From: Candidatus Spongiisociaceae bacterium
GTDB taxonomy: Bacteria; Actinomycetota; Acidimicrobiia; Spongiisociales; Spongiisociaceae
Direction: 5' to 3'
DNA length: 64,000 nt
Assembly: GCA_965243165.1 (NCBI GenBank)
Contig: OZ251535.1
Location: 2,703,371 to 2,767,370, forward strand
Positions 48,426 through 58,417 of this stretch are shown here, piece after piece. Position 1 is the stretch's first letter. Each line of letters opens with the position of its first letter. The notes under the pieces were generated by a model. It was not told the DNA's origin, ran no database searches, and worked only from the letters and a program-made list of their open reading frames with translations. A program made the position numbers and the translations under genes.

Positions 48426-49375
48426 AACCCGATCTCCAGCAGGTCCTCTGCCCGGTGCTCCCACACCCAGTCAATCCCTTCGGCTGCCTCATACCCCAGA
48501 TAGCCCGAATCAAAATATCCGCCGAGGAATAGTATATAACGCACATTTGAACCGTACTGGGACCTGAGGTGACGAACCTTGGTGGCTTCTTCCTTGCGTC
48601 GTTTGTTGGTATTGGCAAAATCCCCGGCCGACTTTGCCTCTACTAATAAAATTGGCAGATCGTCATCAGCAACAATCTTAGGTTTTATGACTATATCAAT
48701 CGGAATCTTAACAGATTGACTACCCGTATCCACACTTATATTCCTATTGAAGGCAAAGGTTCCCGGTCTCATATTGGCAATGGAGGCATCCAAAACATCA
48801 GAAGTTGCTACATATCCTATATCTGTGAGTAACCTATTTACTACATCAAACTGCCGTTTTTCCTGAGCGTTGCGGATTATAGGATTCGCGATCGAACCAC
48901 ACAAACGATCTGCTACTATAGAAGCTGCTCTTATTCTCTCATTCTCCTTCGATTTTCTCATCTCGTCAAGCCAGGGAAAGATATCATTATCAAGTAATTC
49001 GGAGATAATGGACACTATACGCTCAAGGTGTTCCATCAGTTCGGTTTTGTTCATTCGTTTAGGTTTTCTATTATCTTCAAGTGTCCTGATTAAAGAAGGT
49101 TTGGTATCAGCTAATCTGACCAACCGATCTACAGCCAAAGGCGGGGCGGTTGCCAGCCTAAAGGTTTTTAGGATACTTGGATATTTGTAAAGGACTGTGG
49201 GACCAAATCTCAATAGATCATTGGTTTTGAACATTGCGTCGATTACTTCTTCCATTGTTGCGGCCCGGGCGTCGCGGAAAGCCTTGGGCGCGAACTCCAG
49301 AAACCATCTGTTGTATAGGTCCACCGAAGCTGCAATATCGTCTTTCCAACGATGCGGCTTATTCGAGTTGATCAC
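48422..49375 (-). CDS. XamI/SalI-family type II restriction endonuclease
   Basis: MINSNKPHRWKDD..., VADRLCG, IIRNAQEKRQ, LVEAKSAGDFANTNKRRKEEATK, GIDWVWEHR match my recollection of R.SalI/XamI-family sequences. Confidence 0.8.
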   Translation of the reverse strand: MINSNKPHRWKDDIAASVDLYNRWFLEFAPKAFRDARAATMEEVIDAMFKTNDLLRFGPTVLYKYPSILKTFRLATAPPLAVDRLVRLADTKPSLIRTLEDNRKPKRMNKTELMEHLERIVSIISELLDNDIFPWLDEMRKSKENERIRAASIVADRLCGSIANPIIRNAQEKRQFDVVNRLLTDIGYVATSDVLDASIANMRPGTFAFNRNISVDTGSQSVKIPIDIVIKPKIVADDDLPILLVEAKSAGDFANTNKRRKEEATKVRHLRSQYGSNVRYILFLGGYFDSGYLGYEAAEGIDWVWEHRAEDLLEIGL

Positions 49376-49475
49376 CTTATGGCCCTCTTTCCTCCTTGAA
49401 CACCGTCAACGATAAGAGCTGCTCGACAATCTCGTGTTTGCCTCGACTCGCCGGGCTCATGATATCACCGCCCGC

Positions 49476-49736
49476 TCAGAAGTCGTTGATGCCGAAGCGC
49501 TGACCTCGGGAGGGGATGTCGAGCACCGTGGCGGGGGGAAGCCCCAGCGCCCGCAGCTCGGCCGCCACCGCCGACATGATCGAGGCGGCGGTGGAGCGGT
49601 CGTACACCTCCACGTCTACGGCGGAGCCCGACGCCCCGATCACGGAACCGCCCCGCCCCACGCAGCCCTGCACCACCTCCTCGATCATCGGAGGGGGAAA
49701 CCCGGCGTCGGGGGGGAACCGGACGTAGATGATCAC
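49476..49736 (-). CDS. Small hypothetical protein coupled to prfA
   Basis: GTGA overlap with the prfA stop; 86 aa; high-GC codon usage. Confidence 0.55.
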   Translation of the reverse strand: MIIYVRFPPDAGFPPPMIEEVVQGCVGRGGSVIGASGSAVDVEVYDRSTAASIMSAVAAELRALGLPPATVLDIPSRGQRFGINDF

Positions 49737-50824
49737 CCGCCCTCCTTCAGCCCGCGGGCCGCCTCGTCGGCCGCCAAAGCCTCCACCAACCGGTCGAGGC
49801 CCCCCTCGAGGATCTGAGAAAGCCGATTGATGGTGAGGCCGATCCGATGGTCGGTCACCCGGTTCTCCCGGAAGTTGTAGGTGCGGATCTTCTCCGAACG
49901 TTTCCCCCTCCCGATCTGCGACCGGCGCCCCGCCGCCCGCTCCTCGTTCCGGGCCGCCGCCTCCCGCTGATACAACCTCGCCCGCAGCACCCGGAGGGCC
50001 TTCTCCTTGTTCTGGAACTGCGATTTTTCGTCCTGGCAGGTAACCACCAACCCGCTGGGCAGATGCGTGATCCGCACCGCCGAATCGGTGGTGTTGACCG
50101 ATTGCCCGCCCGGCCCCGACGAGCGGAAGGTGTCGATCTTGACTTCCCCGGGGTCGAGGCTCACCTCCACCTCCTCCGCCTCCGGCATCACCGCCACCGT
50201 CGCCGTGGAAGTATGCAGCCGGCCCCGCGACTCGGTCTTGGGAACCCGCTGCACCCGATGGACGCCCGCCTCGTATTTGAGCTTTCCGAAAGCGCCCCGC
50301 CCCTTGACCGCGAAGACGACCGTGCTGAAACCTCCCCCCTCGGCGGCGGAGCTGTCGATCGGCTCCAGCGCCAGGCCCTGGAGATCGGCGTAACGCTGGT
50401 ACATCCTCAGCAGATTCCCGGCCCACAGGGACGCCTCGGCGCCCCCCGCCGCCGCCCGGATCTCCATGATCGCGTCCTTGGCGTCGTCCGGGTCCTTCGG
50501 GGTCAGGGCCTCTCTCAGCTCATCGGCCAGCTCGTCCGCCTCCTCCCGCTTTCCGGCGGCCAAACGCCGCAGCTCGCCGGCCAAGACCGGATCGGTCTCT
50601 TCCTCGGCCAGCTCCAACGCCTCCTGCGCCTCTTGGCCTGCCTCCAGCATCGCCCGATAGGAAACCACCAGCGGCCGCAGCCCGGCGTGGCGGCGGGTCG
50701 CCTCCTCGTAGCGGGAAGGATCGGCCAACAGATTCGGATCGGCCAGCGCCAGCTCGATCTCCTCGAAGGACCGCTCGGCCTCAGCCAGGCGTCCGGCCAA
50801 GCCCTCGTCCACGGCGCCGCTCAC
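49733..50824 (-). CDS. prfA: Peptide chain release factor 1
   Basis: [14 protein letters not shown] (PxT motif), [24 protein letters not shown]. Confidence 0.96.
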   Translation of the reverse strand: MSGAVDEGLAGRLAEAERSFEEIELALADPNLLADPSRYEEATRRHAGLRPLVVSYRAMLEAGQEAQEALELAEEETDPVLAGELRRLAAGKREEADELADELREALTPKDPDDAKDAIMEIRAAAGGAEASLWAGNLLRMYQRYADLQGLALEPIDSSAAEGGGFSTVVFAVKGRGAFGKLKYEAGVHRVQRVPKTESRGRLHTSTATVAVMPEAEEVEVSLDPGEVKIDTFRSSGPGGQSVNTTDSAVRITHLPSGLVVTCQDEKSQFQNKEKALRVLRARLYQREAAARNEERAAGRRSQIGRGKRSEKIRTYNFRENRVTDHRIGLTINRLSQILEGGLDRLVEALAADEAARGLKEGG

Positions 50825-51744
50825 CCCCCGGAGGCGGCGGGAATGACAGGCCCCCTCTTCTCCACTTCGGCGATCTCTTCCTCGGTGAGCGCATGGAGCA
50901 GGGCCGCCGCCGCCACCTCGATCATGGACTCGTCCGGAACCCGCGTGGTGAGGCGCTGCAGCCACATGCCCGGGGCGGTGAGAATCCGGCCCAGCGCCCG
51001 GTCGGCCTGGGAAGACCCGAGCTTGAGTATCTCGTATGAGATGCCCGCCACCACCGGGATCAGCAGTATTCGGCTTCCTATCAACCCGTACCAGGGCAGG
51101 TCGCCCACCAGGCTGAAAACGGCGACGGCGGTAACCATCACGATCAGCAGAAAGCTGGTGCCGCACCGGGGGTGCTGGGGGCGGTAAGCGCCGATATGGG
51201 CCAGGTCGAGCGGGTCACCGGCCTCGTAGGCGTGGATGGTCATGTGCTCGGCCCCGTGATAGGCGTACACCCGGGCTATCTCCCCCCACCGGCCGATCAG
51301 CCAGATGTAGCCGACCAGCAGGCCGATGCGGTACACGGCCTCCACCGCATGGAAGAGGACCGAAGAAGCGTCCAAACCGCCCCATCGGGCCGCCAACAGC
51401 GGGACCACGATGAAAATGCCCGCGAAGAACACCGAAACCAGAGTCATGGAGACCGCCATCTGGCCGGCGGTCACCGGCTTCTCGTCTTCCCCCGCCGCTC
51501 GCTGCCCCGACCAGGCGAGGGCGCGGAAACCGAGCGCCAGGCTCTCGCCCATCACCAGCACCCCTCTGATGAAAGGCATCCGGGCCCAGCGCGATCGAGA
51601 GCTGAGGCGCGGCAACTGATGGGACACGGCCTCGATCTCCCCGGACGGGCTGCGCACCGCCACCGCCCATGCAGAAGGGGCCCGCATCATCACCCCCTCG
51701 ACGACCGCCTGGCCGCCGACTGCCGCCCCGGGAGCGCGGGACAT
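50821..51744 (-). CDS. DUF1385 membrane protein
   Basis: [31 protein letters not shown]; typical neighbour of rpmE and prfA. Confidence 0.88.
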   Translation of the reverse strand: MSRAPGAAVGGQAVVEGVMMRAPSAWAVAVRSPSGEIEAVSHQLPRLSSRSRWARMPFIRGVLVMGESLALGFRALAWSGQRAAGEDEKPVTAGQMAVSMTLVSVFFAGIFIVVPLLAARWGGLDASSVLFHAVEAVYRIGLLVGYIWLIGRWGEIARVYAYHGAEHMTIHAYEAGDPLDLAHIGAYRPQHPRCGTSFLLIVMVTAVAVFSLVGDLPWYGLIGSRILLIPVVAGISYEILKLGSSQADRALGRILTAPGMWLQRLTTRVPDESMIEVAAAALLHALTEEEIAEVEKRGPVIPAASGG

Positions 51745-52022
51745 CAGGAGCCCCCGCCCTCGTCCTCCCCCTGGCGGGCGAGCCGGCTGTAGCGCCGTTC
51801 GAACCGCTCGACCCGCCCGGCGGTGTCCACCAGCTTCTGCTTGCCGGTGAAGAACGGATGGCTGGCGCTGGATATCTCGACCCGGGCCAGCGGATAGGTC
51901 TCTCCGTCCTCCCACACGATGGTCTCGCGGGTGCGGATGGTCGAACGGGTCAGAAAGGCGAAACCGGCGGATGCGTCTTGGAATACGACCGGCCGGTATT
52001 CGGGGTGTATGTCTTGCTTCAC
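51744..52022 (-). CDS. rpmE2: 50S ribosomal protein L31, type B (no Zn cysteines)
   Basis: [14 protein letters not shown]...[26 protein letters not shown]. Confidence 0.95.
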   Translation of the reverse strand: MKQDIHPEYRPVVFQDASAGFAFLTRSTIRTRETIVWEDGETYPLARVEISSASHPFFTGKQKLVDTAGRVERFERRYSRLARQGEDEGGGS

Positions 52023-52131
52023 GGGTTCTCCTGTTCCGGCGGGCGGGGCTGCGTCCAGCCTCCGGCGGCGCCTCGATTATGCCACGCCGGGCGGCGCTCG
52101 TCCGGCCCGCCGCCTTGCTCCCTTCGGCCCG

Positions 52132-53670
52132 TCAGGTGCGCGACTTGGCGACCTCGGCCAAGAAATCGGCGTTCGACTTGGAGGTCTTCAGCTTGTCTAT
52201 CAGCAGCTCGAGGGCCGCGCCCGGCTCCAAGGCCATCAACACCCTCCGCAGCTTCCACACTTGTTGGAGCTCGTTGGGGGTGAAGAGCAGTTCCTCCCGC
52301 CGGGTGCCGGACGAGGAGATGTCGATGGCGGGGTACACCCGCCGGTCCGCCAGCTTGCGGTCGAGCCGCAGCTCCATGTTGCCGGTGCCCTTGAACTCCT
52401 CGAAGATCACCTCGTCCATCTTGGAGCCGGTCTCCACCAGGGCGGTGCCGATGATGGTGAGGCTGCCCCCCTCCTCGAGGTTGCGGGCCGCCCCGAAGAA
52501 CCGCTTGGGCGGGTACAGGGCGGTGGAGTCCACCCCTCCGGAGAGGATGCGGCCCGAGGCGGGGGCGGCCAGGTTGTGGGCGCGGGCCAGCCGGGTGATC
52601 GAGTCGAGCAGGACGACCACGTCGGTGCCCATTTCCACCAGCCGCTTGGCCCGCTCTATGGCGAGCTCGGACACCTGCGTATGCTCGTCGGCGGGGCGGT
52701 CGAAGGTCGAGAAGATCACCTCGCCCTTGACCGAGCGCTGCATGTCGGTCACCTCTTCGGGGCGCTCATCCACCAGCACCACCATCAGATGGCATTCGGG
52801 GTTGTTGGCGGTGACTGCCTGGGCGATCTCCTTGAGCACGGTGGTCTTGCCGGCTTTGGGGGGCGACACCACCAACCCGCGCTGCCCCTTCCCGATCGGA
52901 GCGATCAGGTCGACGATGCGGGGGAGGGTGTTGCGGGGCCGGGCGTCCGACTCCAAGCGCAGCCGGACGTCCGGGAACAAGGGCGTCAAACTCGAGAACT
53001 TGGGGCGCCGGCGGGCCTCTTCCGTCGTCATCCCGTTGTTCTGGTCGACCCTGATGAGCGCCGGGAACTTCTCTTGGCTTCTGGGGGAGCGGATCGGGCC
53101 GCTCAGGACATCCCCCTTGCGGAGGGCGAACTTGCGGATCTGGCCGGCCGGGACGTAAACGTCCTTGTCGCTCGGCCGGTAACCCTCGCACCGGAGGAAC
53201 CCGTATCCCTCCGGAAGGATGTCGAGGGCGCCCTCCCGCACTTCGGGGGGGCCTTCGGGAACCTGTTCCCTGGGACCGCGCCCCCGGCGGCGCCGGTTTC
53301 CCGCCTGTTCTTGGGGCCGCCGTCCGTCCCCTCTTCTCTCCTCGCCGCCGCGCGGGCGTCCGTAACCGGACGGACGGCCCCTGCCCGGCCCGTCCGAAGC
53401 GGCGCCGCGGTTGTTCGGCCTCCTGTCGGACGCGGGGGCTTTTGCCGGCCGGCCGTCCATCGGCGGCTTGGCCTTCGAACCGGTTTCCTTGGCTATCACC
53501 TCCGGCAGGTAGACGTCCGCCGCGCCGTCGGCCGCCTCATATCCGTCCGCGCCGAGGATGGCGTCGATCAGCTTGGCCTTCTGCAGGCCGCCGGCGTCGA
53601 CGCCGGCGGCTTGGGCGATGGCGCGCAAGTCCTTTACGTTCTTCGTCTGTAACTCTGATCGGGTGGCCAT
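52132..53670 (-). CDS. rho: Transcription termination factor Rho
   Basis: GYGFLR, PIGKGQRGL, PPKAGKT, DERPEEVTD, LDSITRLARA, EEFKGTGNMEL. Confidence 0.97.
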   Translation of the reverse strand: MATRSELQTKNVKDLRAIAQAAGVDAGGLQKAKLIDAILGADGYEAADGAADVYLPEVIAKETGSKAKPPMDGRPAKAPASDRRPNNRGAASDGPGRGRPSGYGRPRGGEERRGDGRRPQEQAGNRRRRGRGPREQVPEGPPEVREGALDILPEGYGFLRCEGYRPSDKDVYVPAGQIRKFALRKGDVLSGPIRSPRSQEKFPALIRVDQNNGMTTEEARRRPKFSSLTPLFPDVRLRLESDARPRNTLPRIVDLIAPIGKGQRGLVVSPPKAGKTTVLKEIAQAVTANNPECHLMVVLVDERPEEVTDMQRSVKGEVIFSTFDRPADEHTQVSELAIERAKRLVEMGTDVVVLLDSITRLARAHNLAAPASGRILSGGVDSTALYPPKRFFGAARNLEEGGSLTIIGTALVETGSKMDEVIFEEFKGTGNMELRLDRKLADRRVYPAIDISSSGTRREELLFTPNELQQVWKLRRVLMALEPGAALELLIDKLKTSKSNADFLAEVAKSRT

Positions 53671-53922
53671 CCGTCCTCCGTGGTGGATTTCAACAGGATA
53701 TGGAGACGCCGCGTTCCGACGCCTCCGGGCCCGGGTGCACAGCGCATCGCTGCATGTTCTTCGGGCCGGTGATCCCCTCGAAGCCCCTCGTTCCGAAAAT
53801 CGGGCGCTGCTCTGACATGGGAGCGCAACTCATTGGGGCGGGGGTTCGGCCCGGCAATTCACTGCGGGCCTGCGGCCTATCTTATCCGGTGTCTCCGTAA
53901 ATGCAAAACGGCGCCGCGGCGG

Positions 53923-55320
53923 TCAGGAAAAACGGCTGACCGAGCGGAGGAAACGCTTCAGGGCGCCGAGCTCGTTGGGCAGGCGCACCACCCGTTCGGG
54001 GCGCTTCTCCAAACCCGCCAGCGCCGCCGGAACGGGGGGCGGACGGCCCAAGGCCGCCTCCACCGCTTCGGGGAACTTGGCCGGATGGGCGGTGGCGAGG
54101 CACACCACCGGACCTTCCACCCCGGCGTCCTGCGCCGCCCCTATCCCGACGGCGGTGTGCGGATCGATCACCCGTCCGCTGCGGCGGTAGACGTCGGCCA
54201 TGATCCGGCGGGTGGCCCGATCGCCGCACCATCCCGAGGCGAACAGATCCAGCTCGGCGCCGCCAGGCGGCGCCAAGAACCCTTCCCGGCGGAGCCGGCC
54301 CATCGCCTCCGCCAGCCTCCTCCCGTCCCGGCCGTACAGATCGAACAGCAGCCGTTCCAGATTGGAAGGAATCTGGATGTCCATCGACGGGCTGATGGTG
54401 GGGATCACCTCCCCCAACTCGATTCGGCCCTCCTTGAAGAACCCGTCCAGCACCCGGTTGGCGTTGCTTCCCGCCACCAGCTTGTGCACCGGAAGCCCCA
54501 TCCGAGCGGCCGCATACCCCGAGTAGACGTTCCCGAAGTTGCCGCTCGGCACCGCGAACGACACCGGCCCCCCCAGCCGAAGGCCCGCCCAGAAGTAGTA
54601 GGCGATCTGGGTGATCAACCGGGCGAAGTTGATGGAGTTGGCGGTGGACAGCGACAGGCCGCCCCTCAGCTCCGGGTCGGCGAAAGCCGCCTTGACCAGA
54701 TCCTGGCAGTCGTCGAAGGCGCCGTCCACCGCCGCCGCATGAACGTTGGGCGCCTCGATGGTGGTCATCTGGCGGCGCTGCACCGCCGTGGTGCGCCCTT
54801 CGGGGAAGAGGATCACCGCGTCCACCCGCTCCCGGTCCCGGAAGGCTTCCATGGCGGCCGAACCGGTGTCCCCGGAGGTGGCCCCCAGGATCATGGCGCG
54901 GCCGCCCCGGCGCTCCAGGGCGGCGTCGAACAGCCGGGCCATCATCTGCAGGGCGAAGTCCTTGAAGGCCCAGGTGGGGCCCCAGAACAGCTCCATCAGG
55001 TACAGGCCGCCGCCCAGCTCCTCGATCGGCGCCGTCTCGGGGTGGGCGAAACTTCCGAAGGCGGCGGCGGCCATGTCCGCCAGCTCCTCGGCGTCTGCCA
55101 GGCCGGAGGTGAAGGGCGCCAGCACGGCCGCGGCGGCGGCCGGGAAGCCGGAACGGGAATCCAGGCCGGAGAGGGAGGGCCGGGGCCAGACCTCCGGTAC
55201 GTAGAGCCCCCCGTCGGGGGCCAGCCCGGCCAGCATGGCGGCGGCGGGGCCGACCGGAGGCGCCCCTCCCCGGGTGGAGACGAGGCGGACTTCGGAGCCC
55301 ATCAAACCCTGATCGTCCAT
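53923..55320 (-). CDS. thrC: Threonine synthase (long form)
   Basis: LAPDGGLY, GPTWAFKDF (PLP lysine), ATSGDTGSA, NSINFAR, VPSGNFGN, ATAHPAKF. Confidence 0.95.
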   Translation of the reverse strand: MDDQGLMGSEVRLVSTRGGAPPVGPAAAMLAGLAPDGGLYVPEVWPRPSLSGLDSRSGFPAAAAAVLAPFTSGLADAEELADMAAAAFGSFAHPETAPIEELGGGLYLMELFWGPTWAFKDFALQMMARLFDAALERRGGRAMILGATSGDTGSAAMEAFRDRERVDAVILFPEGRTTAVQRRQMTTIEAPNVHAAAVDGAFDDCQDLVKAAFADPELRGGLSLSTANSINFARLITQIAYYFWAGLRLGGPVSFAVPSGNFGNVYSGYAAARMGLPVHKLVAGSNANRVLDGFFKEGRIELGEVIPTISPSMDIQIPSNLERLLFDLYGRDGRRLAEAMGRLRREGFLAPPGGAELDLFASGWCGDRATRRIMADVYRRSGRVIDPHTAVGIGAAQDAGVEGPVVCLATAHPAKFPEAVEAALGRPPPVPAALAGLEKRPERVVRLPNELGALKRFLRSVSRFS

Positions 55321-55338
55321 CTCTCGCGAGCAACCGGG

Positions 55339-56628
55339 TCAGGGCTCGTCGCTGTGGACCCGCAGCACCCCCGCCACTTCCGACACCACGTCCAGAGCGG
55401 CCAACCCGTCCACGGCGTCAGCCAGGTTGCGCTCCGGGGACTCGTGGGTGACCAGCAGCAGGGTGGCCACGTCCCCGCGGCCCTCCTGCCAGACCGATTT
55501 GATCGACACCTGGTGGCGGCCGAAGACGGCCGCGATCCGGGCCAGCACCCCGGGCCGGTCCACCACCGTTATCCGCAGATACCACTTGGCGGTGAAGGCG
55601 TCGGGGCGGCGCAGGCGGCCGGGGGCGAAGCGGATGCGGGATCTCACCTGGGCGCCGGACAGCCGCTCGCGGGCGGACATGATCACATCGCCCAGCAGGG
55701 CGGTGGCGGTGGGCTCGCCCCCCGCCCCCGGGCCGGTGAAGAGCAGCTCCCCGATCGACGGCCCCGAGACGAAAACGGCGTTGGTGGCCCCCCGCACCGA
55801 GGCCAGCGGATGGTCCAGGGGCACCAGGGTGGGGTGGACCCGCACCGCGATCCCCTCCTCGGAATCATCGGCGATGGCCAGCAACTTGGGCGTGTATCCG
55901 AGGCGGCGGGCGTACTCTATGTCCTCCGCCCCGAGCCCCTGGATGCCTTCCCGGACCACCGAGGCGCCGTCCACCCAGACGCCGAAGGCCAGGCTGGCCA
56001 GGATGGCGGCCTTGGCCGCCGCGTCCCCGCCCCCCACGTCGGCGGAGGGGTCGGCTTCCGCATACCCCAGCCGCTGCGCCTCGGCCAGCACCTCTCGGTA
56101 GGGGGCGCCTTCCTCCACCATGCGGGTGAGGATGTAGTTGGTTGTGCCGTTGACGATCCCCAGCACCGACGTGATGCGCTCCCCGGCCAGCGACTCGGAG
56201 AGAGGGCGGATGATGGGAATCCCTCCGCCCACCGCCGCCTCGAACAGCAGGGAAACGCCCGCCTGCTCGGCCGCCTCCAACAGCTCGCTCCCCCGCGCCG
56301 CCATCAGCTCCTTGTTGGCGGTTACAACCGCCTTGCCGGATCGAAGGGCCCGCTTGACCAGCTCCCCGGCCGGGTCGAGGCCGCCCATCGCCTCCACCAC
56401 GATCGCCGCGTCCGGGTCGTCGACCACCTCGTTGGGCCGGTCCGTGAGGAGGCGGGCCGGGATGTCCACCCCCCGGGGCTTGGCCTTGTCGCGGACCGCA
56501 ACCCCCGTCACCGCCAGATCCAGCCCGGTCTTGGCGGCCACCGCCTCCGCCTCGAAGATGAGCCGGTGGATCAAAGCGCCGCCCACGGTGCCCGCCCCGA
56601 GAAAACCGACGCCGATCTGCATGCTCAT
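55339..56628 (-). CDS. hom: Homoserine dehydrogenase with an ACT domain
   Basis: GFLGAGTVG, VTANK, FEAAVGGGIP, NGTTNYIL, GYAEADP, GPGAGG, C-terminal DRPGVLA. Confidence 0.95.
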   Translation of the reverse strand: MSMQIGVGFLGAGTVGGALIHRLIFEAEAVAAKTGLDLAVTGVAVRDKAKPRGVDIPARLLTDRPNEVVDDPDAAIVVEAMGGLDPAGELVKRALRSGKAVVTANKELMAARGSELLEAAEQAGVSLLFEAAVGGGIPIIRPLSESLAGERITSVLGIVNGTTNYILTRMVEEGAPYREVLAEAQRLGYAEADPSADVGGGDAAAKAAILASLAFGVWVDGASVVREGIQGLGAEDIEYARRLGYTPKLLAIADDSEEGIAVRVHPTLVPLDHPLASVRGATNAVFVSGPSIGELLFTGPGAGGEPTATALLGDVIMSARERLSGAQVRSRIRFAPGRLRRPDAFTAKWYLRITVVDRPGVLARIAAVFGRHQVSIKSVWQEGRGDVATLLLVTHESPERNLADAVDGLAALDVVSEVAGVLRVHSDEP

Positions 56629-57974
56629 ATTGCGCCCTCCATCACGGCGGCGCCGGCCCTCCCGCCAGACCAGGGCTCCGCCTCGTCCATCGTCAGCTGG
56701 CCGCCCAACAGGTCGTCCAGGCTCTCTCGGCGCACCACTTCCCTCGCCTCCCCGTCTTTCACGAACAGCACCGGCGGGCGCGGAAGGGCGTTGTACCGGG
56801 AAGACATCGAAAAGGTGTAGGCGCCGGCGGCCGGCATGGCGACCAGATCCCCCGGCCCGACCGACCCGGGCAGGAGCGCGGAATCGAGCATCACGTCGGT
56901 CTCGCACATCCGCCCGAACACCCGGAAGGAGCGGTCGGACGGGCGGTCGAGGTGTTCGGCCGCCAGCAGCTCGTAGCGGGAGTCGTACAGGGCCGGACGG
57001 GGGTTGTCCGTGAGGCCGCCGTCCAGCGCCAGCATCTCGCCCCCCGCCGGAAGCGGCTTGCGCACCCCCACCCGGTAGAGCAGAACGGCCGCGTTGGCGA
57101 CCAGCGCCCGGCCCGGCTCCATCATCACCTCCACCGGCCCGATCCGGTCCTCGGCCTCTATTACGTCCATCGCCCAGCGCACCGCGTCCGCCGCCGCCGC
57201 CGGGGTGACCACCGGATCGGTGCGCAGGTAGGGGGACGCCAAGCCGCCGCCCACGTCCAGCAGCACCGGAGCGGCGGTGAAAGCCGCCCGGTGGCGGAAG
57301 ACGAACTCGGTCAAACGCTCGAAGATGACCCCGAACAAGGACGGATCCGTGATATGGCTGCCGGCGTGGAGATGCACCCCGCGCAACCGCAGCCCGGCCG
57401 CGTCGCCGATGCGGTCCGCGGCCGCGTCGGCCGCCCCCGGGGTGAGCCCGAACTTGGCGTACCCGCCGGTGGTGAGCACCTTCCGGTTGGTTACCAGGTC
57501 GACGTGCTCGTTGAGCCTGATCATAACGTCCACCGGGCGTCCCGCCGCCTTCGCCTCCAAGCGGTCGATCTCCCCCAGGCTGTCGATGACCGTGACCGCC
57601 GCCCGGCCCGACGCCGCCAGCTCCAGCTCCTCCTCGGTCTTGAGGTTGCCGTGAAGGAGGATGCGGGAGGCGGGCACCCCGCCCCGGCGCGCCATGGCCA
57701 GCTCCCCGGCGGACACCACATCCACCCACCAGCCGGTGGGGGCGATCATGGCGGCCAGTGCGGTGCACATGAAGGCCTTGGTGGCGTATACAGGGCGGCC
57801 CGCCCCGGCCAGCGCCTTCTCGAACTCTTCGAGCCGGGCCTCTAGATGGGCGGCGTCGAACACGTAGCAGGGGGTGCCGTAACGTTCGGCCACCGCGGCC
57901 AGATCCACCCCCCCCACCGAGGCTCGGCCGTTGTGTTCCATCCAAGTTAGGGGCAGTACATCGCCCAGCGCCAT
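56625..57974 (-). CDS. lysA: Diaminopimelate decarboxylase
   Basis: YGTPCYV, YATKAF, KFG, HLHAGS, DVGGGL, EPGRALV, GRMCETD, GAYTFSMSSRYN. Canonical position before hom. Confidence 0.88.
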   Translation of the reverse strand: MALGDVLPLTWMEHNGRASVGGVDLAAVAERYGTPCYVFDAAHLEARLEEFEKALAGAGRPVYATKAFMCTALAAMIAPTGWWVDVVSAGELAMARRGGVPASRILLHGNLKTEEELELAASGRAAVTVIDSLGEIDRLEAKAAGRPVDVMIRLNEHVDLVTNRKVLTTGGYAKFGLTPGAADAAADRIGDAAGLRLRGVHLHAGSHITDPSLFGVIFERLTEFVFRHRAAFTAAPVLLDVGGGLASPYLRTDPVVTPAAAADAVRWAMDVIEAEDRIGPVEVMMEPGRALVANAAVLLYRVGVRKPLPAGGEMLALDGGLTDNPRPALYDSRYELLAAEHLDRPSDRSFRVFGRMCETDVMLDSALLPGSVGPGDLVAMPAAGAYTFSMSSRYNALPRPPVLFVKDGEAREVVRRESLDDLLGGQLTMDEAEPWSGGRAGAAVMEGAI

Positions 57975-58046
57975 TGCTCGCCTCGGGGGTTCGACACTAC
58001 GGGGAGGACGCCCGCCGGGGATTCCGGCGGCATGATCCGGCGGGCG

Positions 58047-58118
58047 CGCCCTCGGCAGGATTCGAACCTGCGCACCCGGCTCCGGAGGCCGGTGCTCTAT
58101 CCCCTGAGCTACGAGGGC
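58047..58118 (-). tRNA. tRNA-Arg(CCG), CCA not encoded
   Basis: GCCCTCGTAGCTCAGGGGATAGAGCACCGGCCTCCGGAGCCGGGTGCGCAGGTTCGAATCCTGCCGAGGGCG folds as a cloverleaf. Confidence 0.97.
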
Positions 58119-58417
58119 TCCGATCCCATTCTACCCTACATCGCGGGGGCAGTCCGAAAGGGGGCGGCGGGGAGGGGAACGGAGCCCCCAACCGCCGAAG
58201 CCCCCTGCAAGAGAAGGGCCGGGGTGCTGTTCTAGGGGGAGAGAACGCTGCACCCCGGCCAGTGGCAGGTGGGTGTCCTGCCGTTTGGTGGGAGCAAGTA
58301 TGTTACAACATCCGTCCGAGTTGTCAAATCGCCGCCGAATCCTGAGTCCGGCCGGGCCTGACCTGGCAGTTCATCCACCCGGCCGAGCCGGCGGCGGACC
58401 GGGGTTACACTCTGGTC

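Noticed and set aside
58047-58118. tRNA-Arg as an integration site for an island
   Set aside because: No integrase and no duplicated tRNA 3' end seen. Core genes lie on both sides.
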